The notes: generated from the letters alone by a model not told the origin. Shown: positions 35,686-46,508, counted from the stretch's first letter. The stretch: DNA of 64,000 bases from an uncultured Gemmatimonadales bacterium (GCA_963844035.1 CAWJMT010000003.1:256001-320000); one strand, 5' to 3'. Translations and numbers: made by a program.

Positions 35686-37207
35686 GCATGAGCCGACGCG
35701 TGTGGCTGGGCTGGGTGCTGGCGATCGGGGTGGCCGGTGGCTCTGTGGCCTCGGCCGCAGCGGCGCAGTCAACAAATTTTGTTCCCCCCAAGTGTGACCT
35801 GAAGGCCGGGCACTATCTCGTCACCAGCGGCATTCTCTATCTCGGCAAGGCGGCCGACACCAAGTTTCCTGATCAGCGGGAAAAGGATCTGCGAGACGCC
35901 AATCGCGTCCTAGGGCAGGCGCTGGGGACAGCGGGACAAGAGAAGAATCCGGCGGCCTGGTACTATCTCGGGCGCTACCACGTCGAGATGCAGGATGTCG
36001 CCGGCGTCGATACGGCGTTTACCAAGGCTGCCGCACTCGCCCCGAAGTGCGCCCAGGACATCAATCTGTGGCGCCGCAAGTTGTGGGTGCCGATCGTCAA
36101 CGCCGGCATTGCCGCCTGGCAGGCCGGCAACACCGATTCGGCAGCCGCGAGCTTTCGACGTGCCAACCAGGCGTACGCAGGTGAGCCGGACGCGCTTGCG
36201 TACCTCGCCACCCTGCTCGGCGGCGCCGACCAGCCCGACTCTGCGGTGAAGTACTTCAAGCTGGCCGTGGCGGCGGCGCAGGACCCCAAGTTTGCGAAGC
36301 AGAAGAAAGACGCGCTGTTCAACGTGGCGCGGGTGTATCACGCCGCCAAGCGTTGGGACGACGCCGCGCCGGCGTACAAGGAATATCTCGCTGCGTACCC
36401 CAACGACCCGCAGGCGACCGCCGGCCTCGCGTCGGTCTATTTCGCGCAAGGGAAACGCGACGAGGCCATGGCGATGTATGCCCAGCTGCTGCAGCACGCC
36501 GATGCGGCGGAGGCATCGGACCTGTTCCGCGCCGGACAGCAGATCTTGAGCGCACTCACCCCGCCCGACACGGCGGTGCAAGGGAACCAGTGCCGCGCGG
36601 ACGCGCGGAGCTCGAACAAGTCCCTCACGGTGCGCCAAATCGCCGTGCGCTGCGACTCGACCACCCGGCAGGCGATGCGCACGTTCGAAACCGGGGTCCG
36701 CGGGGGATACCGCATGGTCGAGCAAGTGTACGAGGCAGGGCTCACGAAGGCCCCCTACGATCGCGAGGCCCTGTTCACATTGTCCGGGGTGGCGGTCCTG
36801 GCCGGCGACACGGCGAAGGCGCTGACGGCGGCGCAGCGCCTGTACGCCGTCGATCCGCTCAACCGCGGGACGTTGCGGATGGTGGCACAAGCGTGGCAGC
36901 TCGGGGGCAAGGCCGACTCGACGCTGCGCTACCTCCAGCTCGCTGATTCGCTCTCCATCGAAGTCACCGCCGGGACGTTCACTCCCGACTCGCTCGGCGC
37001 CGCGCTGAGCGGCGTCCTGACCAACGTGCGCGCCAAGGCCAACAGCGCATTGGTCATCAAGTTCGAGTTTCTCGGGACGAAGGGCGATGTGGTGGCCACC
37101 GAACCCCTCAACGTCACGCCGATTGCACCCGGGGAGAATCTCAGCCGTTCGCGTTGACGGTGAAGGGAGCGGGGATCGTCGCGTGGAGGTATCAGGCGGT
37201 AGGGTAG
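35682..37207 (+). CDS. Exported TPR protein with C-terminal FxLYD-like beta domain (frame break near 37140)
   Basis: Signal peptide, TPR helices (AAWYYLGRY, ALFNVARVY), tail GVLTN...FEFL...GDVV...GIVAWRYQAVG*. Confidence 0.75.
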
Positions 37208-37337
37208 TGCTCCTCTTGCGCGACGCGTGCGCCGAGCGGCATCCTCTCCGTCAACCCGTTCAGTCGTGGGAAGCGCTGCTAGCGTGCCGAGGGCCTCCGC
37301 AGCCTCCCCCAATTCCAAGTGAGGGGACATAGTATGA

Positions 37338-37990
37338 GTGCGCGCCCTGGTTCTCATGCTGCGGCAGTCCTCACCCCACATCCTCCTGCTCGTTACGATG
37401 TCCTCGTGTGGCTTCATCATTACGCAGGCGCCTCCGCAGAACCACGAGCAATTGACCTACTTCAGCTGCACCGAAAGCAACGTCGGTCCAAGCCTCGACG
37501 TTGTTTGGGCAGGGCTCAATGCGCTCGGTGCGCTGGGTGTTGCCAGCGACCCGGATTCATACGAGAATCCGGATCAAGTCATAACGGTTGGTGTTATCTG
37601 GGCGGTCGTTTCCGGCGCGTCCGCCGTCGTAGGCTTTGGTAAGACCAGCCGTTGTCGTGCCGCAAAGAGTACAGCTGGCCGAGAGGCAAGCGCACGGCCC
37701 TACGGGGATTCACAGCGAGGGCTCCGACTCATCCGTTGTGGCAGTCACCATCGCTCCCGCCGTGGACACGGTTTATGTGGGGGCGAGCGTGCAGCTCGTC
37801 GCTGCAGCACGCGGATCGAGTGGCCTCTCCATACCGAACAGGGCCTATTTCATGGTCGTCGAACGATGCAGTCGCCTCAGTCAACGTCGCCGGACGGGTA
37901 ACCGCAAACGCGGTCGGCTCCGTTGTTGTGGCTGCTCGTACCGGTTCCGTTGTGGGTACGGCAACGATCGTTGTGTTGCCAGCGCCCTAG
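37338..37990 (+). CDS. Putative lipoprotein with C-terminal Ig-like (Big_2) domain (two frame breaks)
   Basis: LLLVTMSSC lipobox-like; VTIAPAVDTVYVGASVQL and WSSNDAVASVNVAGRVTANAVG pieced across frames. Confidence 0.6.
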
Positions 37991-38100
37991 GGACCCTTCG
38001 CCACCGAGACCAGAACGGCACGGCGTCCTCGACGGCGGCGGATCGCGCGCAACATGGCCTGATCGAGATCGAAGCCGGTCTGACCGGGGGTAGGAGCGCC

Positions 38101-38560
38101 GTGCTGGAAGGCTCCCCCCGAATGTCCGCGACCGCCTCATGATGCAGGGCTTCGCGTGCGACACCGATCCGGCGGTCGCGCAGGCGGCTCCCTGGCTACG
38201 CCTCACCCCGGCCGTGAGTACCGTGTGGATCGTCACGGCGCTGGTGCTACGCTCGCCGACCGCGCTGTGGATCTTCGCGGGGCTCGCCGCATTGGGTGCC
38301 GGCGGATTGCATCTGTTCGACCAGGCGGTCAACGTCGTCCAGCGCGCCCGTGGCGCGCCCACGCTGCCCGCGAATCCTGCGCCACGGCGGTTCGCCATGG
38401 CACTGGCCGCAGGAATGAGCGCCGTGTCGGGGCTCCTCATCGCGCGAGGGTACACGGCCCTCGGCGTTCTGCTGGGGAGCACCTTGGCGCTTGCTGCGCT
38501 GATCGTCGCGTCAACCCACTTCTGCCTCGGGTCGTGGATGTGGGCGCAGCTGCAGCACGG
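38101..38560 (+). CDS. DUF4395-like membrane protein (start inferred at GTG 38101 across a C-run indel)
   Basis: AGGAG before 38101; MQGF, WLRLTPAV, PAPRRFA, HFCLGSWMW. Confidence 0.6.
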
Positions 38561-38927
38561 TGTCGGCGCACTCAAACTCTTTCTCATTGCGACCCTCGTG
38601 GTGTTATCAGCCATTGCGTGTTCAGAGTCGGTGGTTTGCACAGCGGACTTCAGGTACGGCATCAGCGTTAGCGTGGAGGATTCCGTGTCCGGCGCTAGCG
38701 TAGCATCGGGGGCCCGCCTCGTGGTCCGTGATGGGGCGTATTTCGAGTCGACATCCCAAGTCTGGGTCGGGGACGTTCTGTTGGCCGCCGGCGAGCGACC
38801 AGGCCTCTACATCGTCGTGGTCTCCAAGTCCGGTTATCGGGATTGGACCCGAACGAATGTCCGGGTGGAAGACGATGGCTGCCACCCGGTCGGGGTCCAC
38901 CTCACCGCGCGGTTGCAACCAGAGTGA
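38559..38927 (+). CDS. Putative lipoprotein with carboxypeptidase-regulatory-like fold (in frame with upstream gene as sequenced)
   Basis: LVVLSAIAC lipobox-like, VSVEDSVSG, ERPGLYIVVVSKSGYRDW. Confidence 0.55.
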   Translation, partial: GVGALKLFLIATLVVLSAIACSESVVCTADFRYGISVSVEDSVSGASVASGARLVVRDGAYFESTSQVWVGDVLLAAGERPGLYIVVVSKSGYRDWTRTNVRVEDDGCHPVGVHLTARLQPE

Positions 38928-39298
38928 ACCGGTCCTGGCCTCTCACATTGATCGGCCTGGCGATTCTCGGACCGTCGCCAGGATACGGCCAGCGGATTGC
39001 GACCCCCTCGGCCGTGCCTCCAGCGCGATCAGAGGTGCCGCCGCTGACTTGGAGTTGGCCCGCCGACTCGGGCCAGGGGCAGGGGACGCACTGGCTCGAG
39101 GGTGCGGTGATTGGGGGCGCCCTGGTCGGTTTTCTCGGAGCTGTAACGGGCGTGGGGCTCTGCCACTTTGACGACCCATGTTCCGATCCGGCGCCGTTCG
39201 CTATCGGGGGGTTTGTTCTGGCGGGCTTGGCCGGCGTGGGCCTTGGAGGCCACATCGGGGCGGGTTTCCCGAAACACCGGTACCGCATCGGGCCATAG
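38924..39298 (+). CDS. Hypothetical glycine-rich membrane protein
   Basis: GTGA overlap; signal-like N-terminus and two Gly-zipper hydrophobic segments. Confidence 0.55.
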   Translation: MNRSWPLTLIGLAILGPSPGYGQRIATPSAVPPARSEVPPLTWSWPADSGQGQGTHWLEGAVIGGALVGFLGAVTGVGLCHFDDPCSDPAPFAIGGFVLAGLAGVGLGGHIGAGFPKHRYRIGP

Positions 39299-39300
39299 AC

Positions 39301-39309
39301 TGCTAAGTT
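39301..39309 (+). promoter_or_regulatory. Possible extended -10 promoter for tRNA-Gly
   Basis: TGcTAAGTT ending 13 nt upstream of the tRNA. Confidence 0.45.
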
Positions 39310-39322
39310 GAGAGGGTCCTAC

Positions 39323-39394
<72 letters not shown>

Positions 39395-39525
39395 CTGCCA
39401 CGAACCGCCTCCGCGCTGGCATTCCAGCGCTCTGCAGGTCATATTTCGCCACTCGGAAGTATCAGCCGGCGTTGAGGTTGCGGCGCCTGGTTTCACAAAC
39501 TCCTTGAACTCCTAGGCGGCCGGTT

Positions 39526-40848
39526 GTGATTCGCGTGCAGGCGGTGGCGCCGGACTCTCTCGGCGCCGCAGTAGGGCTGTCCAAGGGAACGGAGCTGCTC
39601 GCGGTGAACGGCCGCGCGCTCGAGGATTTTCTCGACTGGGAATTCCTCACCGCCGACGACCACTTCATGTTGTACGTGAAGTCCCCCTCAGGCGACGAGA
39701 TCGAGTACGACATCGAGCGTCCCGAGGGGATGCCGATGGGGGTGACGCTCGAGCCCCCGCGTATCCGCCGCTGCGCCAATCACTGCGACTTCTGTTTTGT
39801 GGACGGGAATCCGCAGGCCATGCGGGCGCCGCTCTACATCCGCGATGACGACTACCGCCTGTCGTTCCGCTACGGCAATTTCGCGACGCTCACGAACCTG
39901 AAGCCCTGGGACGAGGAGCGGATCGTCGAGTACCGCCTCTCGCCGCTGTACGTGTCGGTGCACGCCACCGACCCGACGGTGCGCCGCTGGCTGCTGCGCA
40001 ACCCCGATGCGCCCGAGATCGTCCCCCAGCTGCGCGCCTTCGGGGAGCGGGGGATCACGTTTCACACCCAGGTGGTGCTCGTGCCCGGGGTGAACGACGG
40101 GGCGGAGCTGGTGCGGTCGCTGGGCGACCTGTACGGCCTGGGAGACATGGTCCTGTCGGTCTCGGTCGTGCCGGTGGCGCTCACGGAGTTCAGCAAGCAC
40201 CAGCTGGTCCGCCAGCCCACGGTGGACGATTGCCGCGCGGCCCTGGCCACGGTGGGGGACTTTGCCGCCCGAGCGCTTGAGAAGCGCGGGTTCCCGTGGT
40301 GCTTCGGCGCGGACGACTTGTACCTCCAGGCCGGTGAACCGCTGCCCCCCGCGGCCTGGTACGGCGACTTCGAGCAGCGCGAGAATGGCGTCGGCGCCGT
40401 GCGCTACCTGCAGACGCGCATCGCCGCCACGGCGGGCGGGTTCCGTGCCGGCCTGGCGGGCAAGCGGATCGGCGTCGTCACCGGCACCGCGATGGCCCCC
40501 CTCATGCCGCAGGTGCTGGAGCCGCTCGCCGTCGCCACCGGGGCCCGGTTCGAAGTTGTCGCGCTCGAGAACTCCCTGTTCGGCTCGTCGGTGACGACGG
40601 CGGGGCTGCTCCCCGGCGGCGCGTTCCGGAGCGCCCTCGAGCACCGTGCCGATCTCGATCTCGCGCTGCTCCCCGCGGAAGCGGTGAACGACGATTTGCT
40701 GTTCATGGACGATCTCCACCTTGAGAAGCTCGCTGCGCAGGTGCCGATGCCGGTGAGTCTGTCGTACGACTTCGTCGACGCGCTCGCGCTCGATGAGGCT
40801 CGCCGGTCCCACTCGCATCGCACTCCGAACGGGCGAGGTGAGGCATGA
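39526..40848 (+). CDS. DUF512 / PDZ radical-SAM-like Fe-S protein
   Basis: N-terminal PDZ-like segment, CANHCDFC, DDDYRLSF, LYVSVHAT, ENGVG. Confidence 0.9.
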   Translation: MIRVQAVAPDSLGAAVGLSKGTELLAVNGRALEDFLDWEFLTADDHFMLYVKSPSGDEIEYDIERPEGMPMGVTLEPPRIRRCANHCDFCFVDGNPQAMRAPLYIRDDDYRLSFRYGNFATLTNLKPWDEERIVEYRLSPLYVSVHATDPTVRRWLLRNPDAPEIVPQLRAFGERGITFHTQVVLVPGVNDGAELVRSLGDLYGLGDMVLSVSVVPVALTEFSKHQLVRQPTVDDCRAALATVGDFAARALEKRGFPWCFGADDLYLQAGEPLPPAAWYGDFEQRENGVGAVRYLQTRIAATAGGFRAGLAGKRIGVVTGTAMAPLMPQVLEPLAVATGARFEVVALENSLFGSSVTTAGLLPGGAFRSALEHRADLDLALLPAEAVNDDLLFMDDLHLEKLAAQVPMPVSLSYDFVDALALDEARRSHSHRTPNGRGEA

Positions 40849-42188
40849 CCACGCGCGGCGCCCCAACCGTTGCGATCATCGGCCGGCCCAACGTGGGCAA
40901 GTCCACCCTCTTCAACCGGCTGATCGGTGGCCGCGTGGCGATTGTGGATGCTGAGCCCGGCGTGACGCGGGATCGCAATTTCGGCGCGGCCGAGTGGAAC
41001 GGACGCCGGTTTTGGCTCGTCGATACTGGTGGATTGGTGCCCGGGGCCGAAGACGCCATGAACCGCGCCGTGCGCGCCCAGGTCGAACAGGCGATCGCCG
41101 AGAGCGACGTGCTGCTGTTCCTGGTGGACGTGGATGCCGGCGTTCACCCCGCCGATCTCGAGATCTCGGAAACGGTGCGCAAGGCGAGGCGGCCGTTCGT
41201 GCTCGTCGCCAACAAGGCGGACCATCTGCCCGTGGACACGCGGCACCTCGCGTTCTACGAGCTGGGCCTGGGCGACCCGTTCCCCGTCTCCGCGGCGATC
41301 GGGAAGAGCAGCGGGGATCTGCTGGACGAGATCGTCCAGCGCCTCCCCCCGACGGGAGAGGCGGCGGACGAGCCGGCGATCCATGTCGCGGTGGTGGGCC
41401 GTCCCAACGTCGGGAAGTCGAGCCTGGTGAACCGCTTGCTCGGCGAGGACCGGTTGGTGGTCGCCGCCGAGCCGGGCACCACGCGCGATTCGATCGACAC
41501 GCCGGCCTTGTACGAGGGGCACGCGTTCGTCTTCATCGACACGGCGGGCCTGCGCAAGCGCAGCAAGGTCGCCGAGGACATTGAGTTCTACTCGACGTTG
41601 CGTACGGCGCGCGCCATTGAGCGCGCTGACGTGTGCGTTCTGGTCGTGGATGCGCTGGACGGGATGCACGTGCAGGACCTGCGGATCGCCAACGAAGCGT
41701 GGGAGGCTGGGGCGGGGCTGATCATCGCCGTGAACAAGTGGGATCTGATCGAGGAGAAGGAGACCAACACCGCGGTGCAGGGCGAGAAGGAGCTCCGGGA
41801 GCGCGCGCCGTTCCTCGCGTTCATCCCGTTTCTCTACATCTCCGCGAAGACCGGGCAGCGGGTGACGAAGCTGTTTGATCTGATTCTTCGGGTTGCCGAG
41901 GAACGGCGCAAGCGTGTGCCCACGGCGGAAGTGAACCGTGTGCTGGAGGACTTGATGCAGCGCCAGCAGCCGCCGCAACCCGTCGGGGAATCAGTCCGGC
42001 TGCTCTACGCGACACAGATCAACACAGCGCCGCCGCGCTTCGCGATCATCTCGAACCGGCCGGAAGAGATTCCGGAGTCGTACACGCGCTATCTGTTGAA
42101 CGGATTCCGCGAGGCATGGGCGTTCACCGGGGCCCCGGTGACCATCAAGTACCGCCGGCGGCGCGGTCGCCAGGCAGCGGACCGGTGA
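40845..42188 (+). CDS. der: Ribosome biogenesis GTPase Der
   Basis: Two GRPNVGKS motifs, GVTRD/GTTRD, DTGG/DTAG, NKAD/NKWD. Confidence 0.97.
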   Translation: MTTRGAPTVAIIGRPNVGKSTLFNRLIGGRVAIVDAEPGVTRDRNFGAAEWNGRRFWLVDTGGLVPGAEDAMNRAVRAQVEQAIAESDVLLFLVDVDAGVHPADLEISETVRKARRPFVLVANKADHLPVDTRHLAFYELGLGDPFPVSAAIGKSSGDLLDEIVQRLPPTGEAADEPAIHVAVVGRPNVGKSSLVNRLLGEDRLVVAAEPGTTRDSIDTPALYEGHAFVFIDTAGLRKRSKVAEDIEFYSTLRTARAIERADVCVLVVDALDGMHVQDLRIANEAWEAGAGLIIAVNKWDLIEEKETNTAVQGEKELRERAPFLAFIPFLYISAKTGQRVTKLFDLILRVAEERRKRVPTAEVNRVLEDLMQRQQPPQPVGESVRLLYATQINTAPPRFAIISNRPEEIPESYTRYLLNGFREAWAFTGAPVTIKYRRRRGRQAADR

Positions 42189-42794
42189 CCTCCGCGCTGT
42201 GGATCGTGGCCGGGTACCTCGTGGGTGCGATCCCGACGAGCTATTTCGCCGGCAAGATCGGGCGGGGGATCGATCTGCGGCAGCATGGCAGCGGGAGTCT
42301 GGGTGCCACGAACACCTATCGCGTGCTGGGGTGGAAGTACGCCATTCCCGTCGGCCTGTTCGACGTCGCGAAGGGTGCGGCGCCGGTCGTGCTGGTCGAG
42401 CGCTGGTCCGGCGGGGCGGGGTGGCTCCCCGTCGCCGTCGGCGCGGCGGCGGTGGCGGGACACATGTTCTCTCCCTACGTGCGATTCCGGGGCGGGAAGG
42501 GTGTCGCTACGGCAGCCGGTATGTTCCTCGCGCTGGCGCCGCTCGCCATCGTGATCTCGATGGCGATCTGGTGCATCGTCCTCTGGATCTCGGGTTACGT
42601 ATCAATCGCGTCGATGTTCGCGGTCGGCCTGTTCCCGGTGTGGGCGCGCCTCACGCGTCCCGATGCGCCGCACACCTTCTGGGCGGGCGTCTATGCTCGC
42701 GATCCTGATCATCGTCTCACACCGCTCCAACATCCGGCGACTCCTGGCCGGCACCGAAGGGCGATTCCGCACCCGAAAGGGTGCCGCCGCGTGA
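42185..42794 (+). CDS. plsY: Glycerol-3-phosphate acyltransferase PlsY (frame break near 42690)
   Basis: HGSGSLGATN, DVAKG, GHMFS...FRGGKGVAT, HRSNIRRL in next frame. Confidence 0.93.
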
Positions 42795-43798
42795 CCCGGA
42801 TCGCCGTCATGGGCGCCGGGGCGTGGGGCACCGCGCTGGCGGACTCTGCTGGCCCGCAAGGGCGACGCGGTCACCATTTGGGCGCACGAGCCCGAAGTGG
42901 TCGAGAGCATCAACCGTGAGCATCACAATCACCTGTTTCTCCCCGACGCGCCGCTCGCCGACAACCTGCGGGCCGGCGGGGAGATCGCCGAGGTGGTGCG
43001 GGGCGCGGAAGTGATCGTCTCGGCGGCGCCGTCCCACGTGGTGCGCGCCGTGATGACACCGGTCGCCGCGGCTATGTCCGGGCGGCCGCTGGTGGTGAGC
43101 GTGTCGAAGGGGCTCGAGCCGGACCGCCTCAGCACCCCGTGCGGGGTCCTGCGCGAGGTCCTGCCGGCCGAGTACGCCGCTGGCGGTGCTCTCGGGGCCG
43201 TCGTTCGCCCGCGAGGTCTATGAGCGGCAGCCGACGGCGGTCGTCACGGCCGCGCGGGACCACGATGTCGCGCTGCGGGCGCAGCAAACCTTCTCGACGC
43301 CGGTGTTCCGGGCGTACTCGCTCACCGACGTGGTGGGCGTGGAGCTGGCCGGTGCGCTCAAGAACGTCATCGCCCTCGCCGCGGGCTTCCTCGCCGGGCT
43401 GGGCCTGGGCCACAACACGCGTGCCGCGTTGCTTACCCGCGGTCTGGCGGAGATCACGCGGCTCGGTGTGGCGCTGGGTGCCGAGCCGGCGACGTTCGCG
43501 GGGCTCGCGGGAATGGGCGATCTCATTCTGACCGCCACCGGGGGGCCGCTCTCGCGCAACCACACGCTGGGCGTCGATCTGGGGCGCGGGGTGCCCTTGG
43601 AGCAGGCGCTGGGCGGCCGCGCCACGGTGGCGGAGGGCGTCAACACCGCGCGCGCCGCGGTGACCCTGGGGGAACGGCACGGCGTCGAGCTGCCGATCGC
43701 CCAGCAGGTCACTGAGGTGTCTGTTCCACGGCAAGGGGCTACGCCAGGCGGTGGCGGACCTGATGGAGCGCGAGCTCAAGACGGAGCAGTGGCGATGA
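42791..43798 (+). CDS. gpsA: NAD(P)H-dependent glycerol-3-phosphate dehydrogenase (several frame breaks)
   Basis: GAGAWGTALA, SKGLE, LSGPSFA, GALKNVIA, GMGDLILT, VAEG. Confidence 0.93.
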
Positions 43799-44173
43799 GC
43801 GCTCCGCATCCGGTGCAGGAGTTCTTCTCGATCGGCGAGGTCTGCCAGCTCACCGACCTGAAGCCGCACGTGTTGCGCTACTGGGAGAGCCAGTTTCGGT
43901 TCTCTGAATCCGGCCAAGAACCGGTCCGGCAACCGCGTGTACCAGCGGCGCGAGATCGAGCTGATCATGCTCGTGAAGCATCTGCTCTACACGGAGAAGT
44001 ACACCATCGAGGGCGCCCGCCAGAAGATCGAGCAGTACCGCCGGTCGGGCGAGCTGAAACCCGAGGCCCGGCGCGCGCTGGCCCTGGAGACCGTCAAGGA
44101 CCTGCGACTCGAGCTCAAAGCCGTACTCGTCATCCTCGAGGGGGCCGCCCCGCCGCATGCCGGGACCCGCTGA
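43795..44173 (+). CDS. MerR-family HTH regulator (frame break near 43900)
   Basis: FFSIGEVCQLTDLKPHVLRYWESQF...RSGNRVY...LLYTEKYTIEGA. Confidence 0.9.
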
Positions 44174-44951
44174 GGTGCCCCCGCTAGAATCCACGGGACG
44201 CCCCAAGATCCTCCTCTCGAACGATGACGGTATCCTGGCGCGCGGCCTCGGCGTGCTGGCGGAGGTGTGCGCCGCGGTAGGGCAGGTCACCGTGGTGGCT
44301 CCCGATCGCGAGCAGAGCGGGACGTCGCACTCGTTGACGCTGCACCGCCCGCTCCACGCCACCCGCCGCGCGGACGGCGCGTTCCAGGTGGATGGGACCC
44401 CGACCGACTGCGTCCTGCTCGCCCTCGGCAAGCTGATGCCCGAAGAACCCGACTTCGTCATCTCCGGGATCAACCACGGCTCCAACATGGGCGAAGACGT
44501 GCTGTATTCGGGCACCGTCGCCGCCGCGTTCGAAGGACTGGTGGCGGGCATTCCCAGCATCGCCATCTCGTTCGCCGGGGGCGATCTGGATCTCCTGGAC
44601 TCGCACCGCCCGGGGCTCGAGCGTCTGCTGCGCAGGCTCGTGGGGGTGAAGGACTTCCCCAAAGAGACGCTGCTCAACGTCAATCTCCCGGGAATCCCCG
44701 CCGATCAGGTGAAAGGCGTCCGGATCACGCACCTCGGCAGCCGCGTGTTCCACGAGGAGATCGCCCTGATGAAGGACCCGTGGGGCAAGGACATCTACTG
44801 GATCGGGGGCGGTCACGTGACATGGTCGGGCGGTACCGACTCCGATTTCCAGGCCACCCGGGACGGCTACATCTCGGTGACGCCACTCCACATGGACATG
44901 ACCAACTACAAGCTCCTCGAGGTGGCACAGTCGTGGTTTCGGGAGGAGTGA
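44157..44951 (+). CDS. surE: 5'/3'-nucleotidase SurE (start uncertain)
   Basis: ILLSNDDG, EQSGTSHS, GTPTDC, SGINHGSN, YSGTVAAA. Confidence 0.96.
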   Translation: MPGPAEVPPLESTGRPKILLSNDDGILARGLGVLAEVCAAVGQVTVVAPDREQSGTSHSLTLHRPLHATRRADGAFQVDGTPTDCVLLALGKLMPEEPDFVISGINHGSNMGEDVLYSGTVAAAFEGLVAGIPSIAISFAGGDLDLLDSHRPGLERLLRRLVGVKDFPKETLLNVNLPGIPADQVKGVRITHLGSRVFHEEIALMKDPWGKDIYWIGGGHVTWSGGTDSDFQATRDGYISVTPLHMDMTNYKLLEVAQSWFREE

Positions 44952-45604
44952 GCGGGCGCAGCAGCGACCCGTTTGCGGGCTATCGCGCCCGGCTGGTGGA
45001 GACGCTGCGGGGCAAGGGCGTCCAGAATCTGGCGGTGCTGCGGGCATTCGCCGACACGCCGCGCCACCTGTTCGTCCCCGAGGCCCTGCGCCGGAAGGCG
45101 TATGACGACGTCGCGTTGCCGATCGGACGTGGCCAGACCATCTCCCAGCCGTTCACCCAAGCCCGTTACCTTGAGGCCCTGGGTCTGCGCGGGTCGGAGC
45201 GCGTGCTCGAAATCGGCACGGGGTCCGGATATCAAACCGCGTTGTTGTGCGTCCTGGCCGCGCAGGTGTTTAGCGTGGAACGGGTCGAGCACCTGGCTCG
45301 TCAGGCACAACAGGCGCTGCGCGCGGCGGGCGTCACCAAAGCCTCGGTGCTGATGGGCGACGGGACGTTGGGCTGGAGCGCGTACGCGCCGTATGATGCG
45401 ATTCTGGTTGCCGCCGGAGGCCCGGAGATCCCGCCGCCGCTCGTCGAGCAACTCGCACCGGGAGGGCGCCTGCTGATCCCGCTCGGGGATCGCGGCGCGC
45501 AAACCCTCACGCTGGTCGAACGCCGGGACAGCGGACTGCGGCGCACGCCCCTGGGCGACGCCCGGTTCGTGCCACTTCTTGGGGAGCATGGCTTTGATGC
45601 TTGA
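44948..45604 (+). CDS. pcm: Protein-L-isoaspartate O-methyltransferase
   Basis: PRHLFV, GQTISQP, LEIGTGSGYQTA, APYDAI, RFVPL. Confidence 0.96.
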   Translation: MSGRSSDPFAGYRARLVETLRGKGVQNLAVLRAFADTPRHLFVPEALRRKAYDDVALPIGRGQTISQPFTQARYLEALGLRGSERVLEIGTGSGYQTALLCVLAAQVFSVERVEHLARQAQQALRAAGVTKASVLMGDGTLGWSAYAPYDAILVAAGGPEIPPPLVEQLAPGGRLLIPLGDRGAQTLTLVERRDSGLRRTPLGDARFVPLLGEHGFDA

Positions 45605-46235
45605 ACGGTTTATTGAGTGGCTCTTGAACAGCCTTCTCGCGCTCGGGTATCCCGGCATCGTCGTCCTGATGGCGATGGAGTCGTCCATCTTGCCGGTGCC
45701 CGCGGAGCTCGTGATGCCGCCGGCGGGCTACTGGGTGGCCAAGGGAGAAATGGGAGCCGTGGCAGCGGTGGCGGCCGGTGTCGTCGGCAGCATCCTCGGG
45801 TCGCTCGCAAACTATTTTCTGGCCCTCTGGCTCGGCCGCGGGCTGGTGCGCCGGTTCGGGCGGTATGTCCTGATCTCCGAACGGTCCCTCGAACGCTCCG
45901 AGCGCTATTTCGCGGCGCACGGCGAAATCAGCGTGCTGCTCGGCCGGATGCTTCCCGTCGTGCGCCACCTGATTTCGATCCCCGCCGGTCTTGCGCGCAT
46001 GTCCCTGGTGGCCTTCGTGGTCTACACCGGGGTGGGTGCCACGATCTGGTGCGCCATCCTGGTCTGGATCGGATACTTCCTCGGCCGGCACGAGGGGGTG
46101 CTGCGGCAGGCTGAGGTGCGGCACTACGTGGGTCAGGCGCTCCTCGTGCTCGTGCCGGTCCTCGGGTTGGTCATAGGCATCTACGTGTGGCGCCAGCGGC
46201 ACCGTAAGGGCCCGGTCGCCGAGGAGGGACGCTAG
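45588..46235 (+). CDS. DedA family membrane protein
   Basis: LMAMESSILPVPAELVMPPAG, GRMLPVVRHLISIPAG. Confidence 0.93.
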   Translation: MALMLERFIEWLLNSLLALGYPGIVVLMAMESSILPVPAELVMPPAGYWVAKGEMGAVAAVAAGVVGSILGSLANYFLALWLGRGLVRRFGRYVLISERSLERSERYFAAHGEISVLLGRMLPVVRHLISIPAGLARMSLVAFVVYTGVGATIWCAILVWIGYFLGRHEGVLRQAEVRHYVGQALLVLVPVLGLVIGIYVWRQRHRKGPVAEEGR

Positions 46236-46238
46236 GTC

Positions 46239-46508
46239 GTGGTGGTGCGATACCTGGTACGCGGCGTCGTTCAAGGCGTCGGATTTCGATGGTTCGTCAT
46301 GCGTGAGGCTCACCGGCTGAGCATGCGCGGCTGGGTCAGTAACCTGGCCGACGGCTCCGTGGAAGTCCTGGCGGACGGACCGCCGGCGCTGATCGCCGAT
46401 CTCGAGCGTTCACTGACGCGCGGCCCTACGGCGGCCAAGGTACGCAGTGTGGAAAAAGCAGATGTTCCACATGACCTGGTGCTGCCTAACTCGTTTGAAA
46501 TGCGTTAG
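46239..46508 (+). CDS. acyP: Acylphosphatase
   Basis: VRGVVQGVGFR, GWVSNLADGSVE. Confidence 0.93.
   Translation: MVVRYLVRGVVQGVGFRWFVMREAHRLSMRGWVSNLADGSVEVLADGPPALIADLERSLTRGPTAAKVRSVEKADVPHDLVLPNSFEMR

Noticed and set aside
39413..39430. GCGCTGG/CCAGCGC hairpin after tRNA-Gly as a terminator
   Set aside because: No following U-tract; support is too weak.
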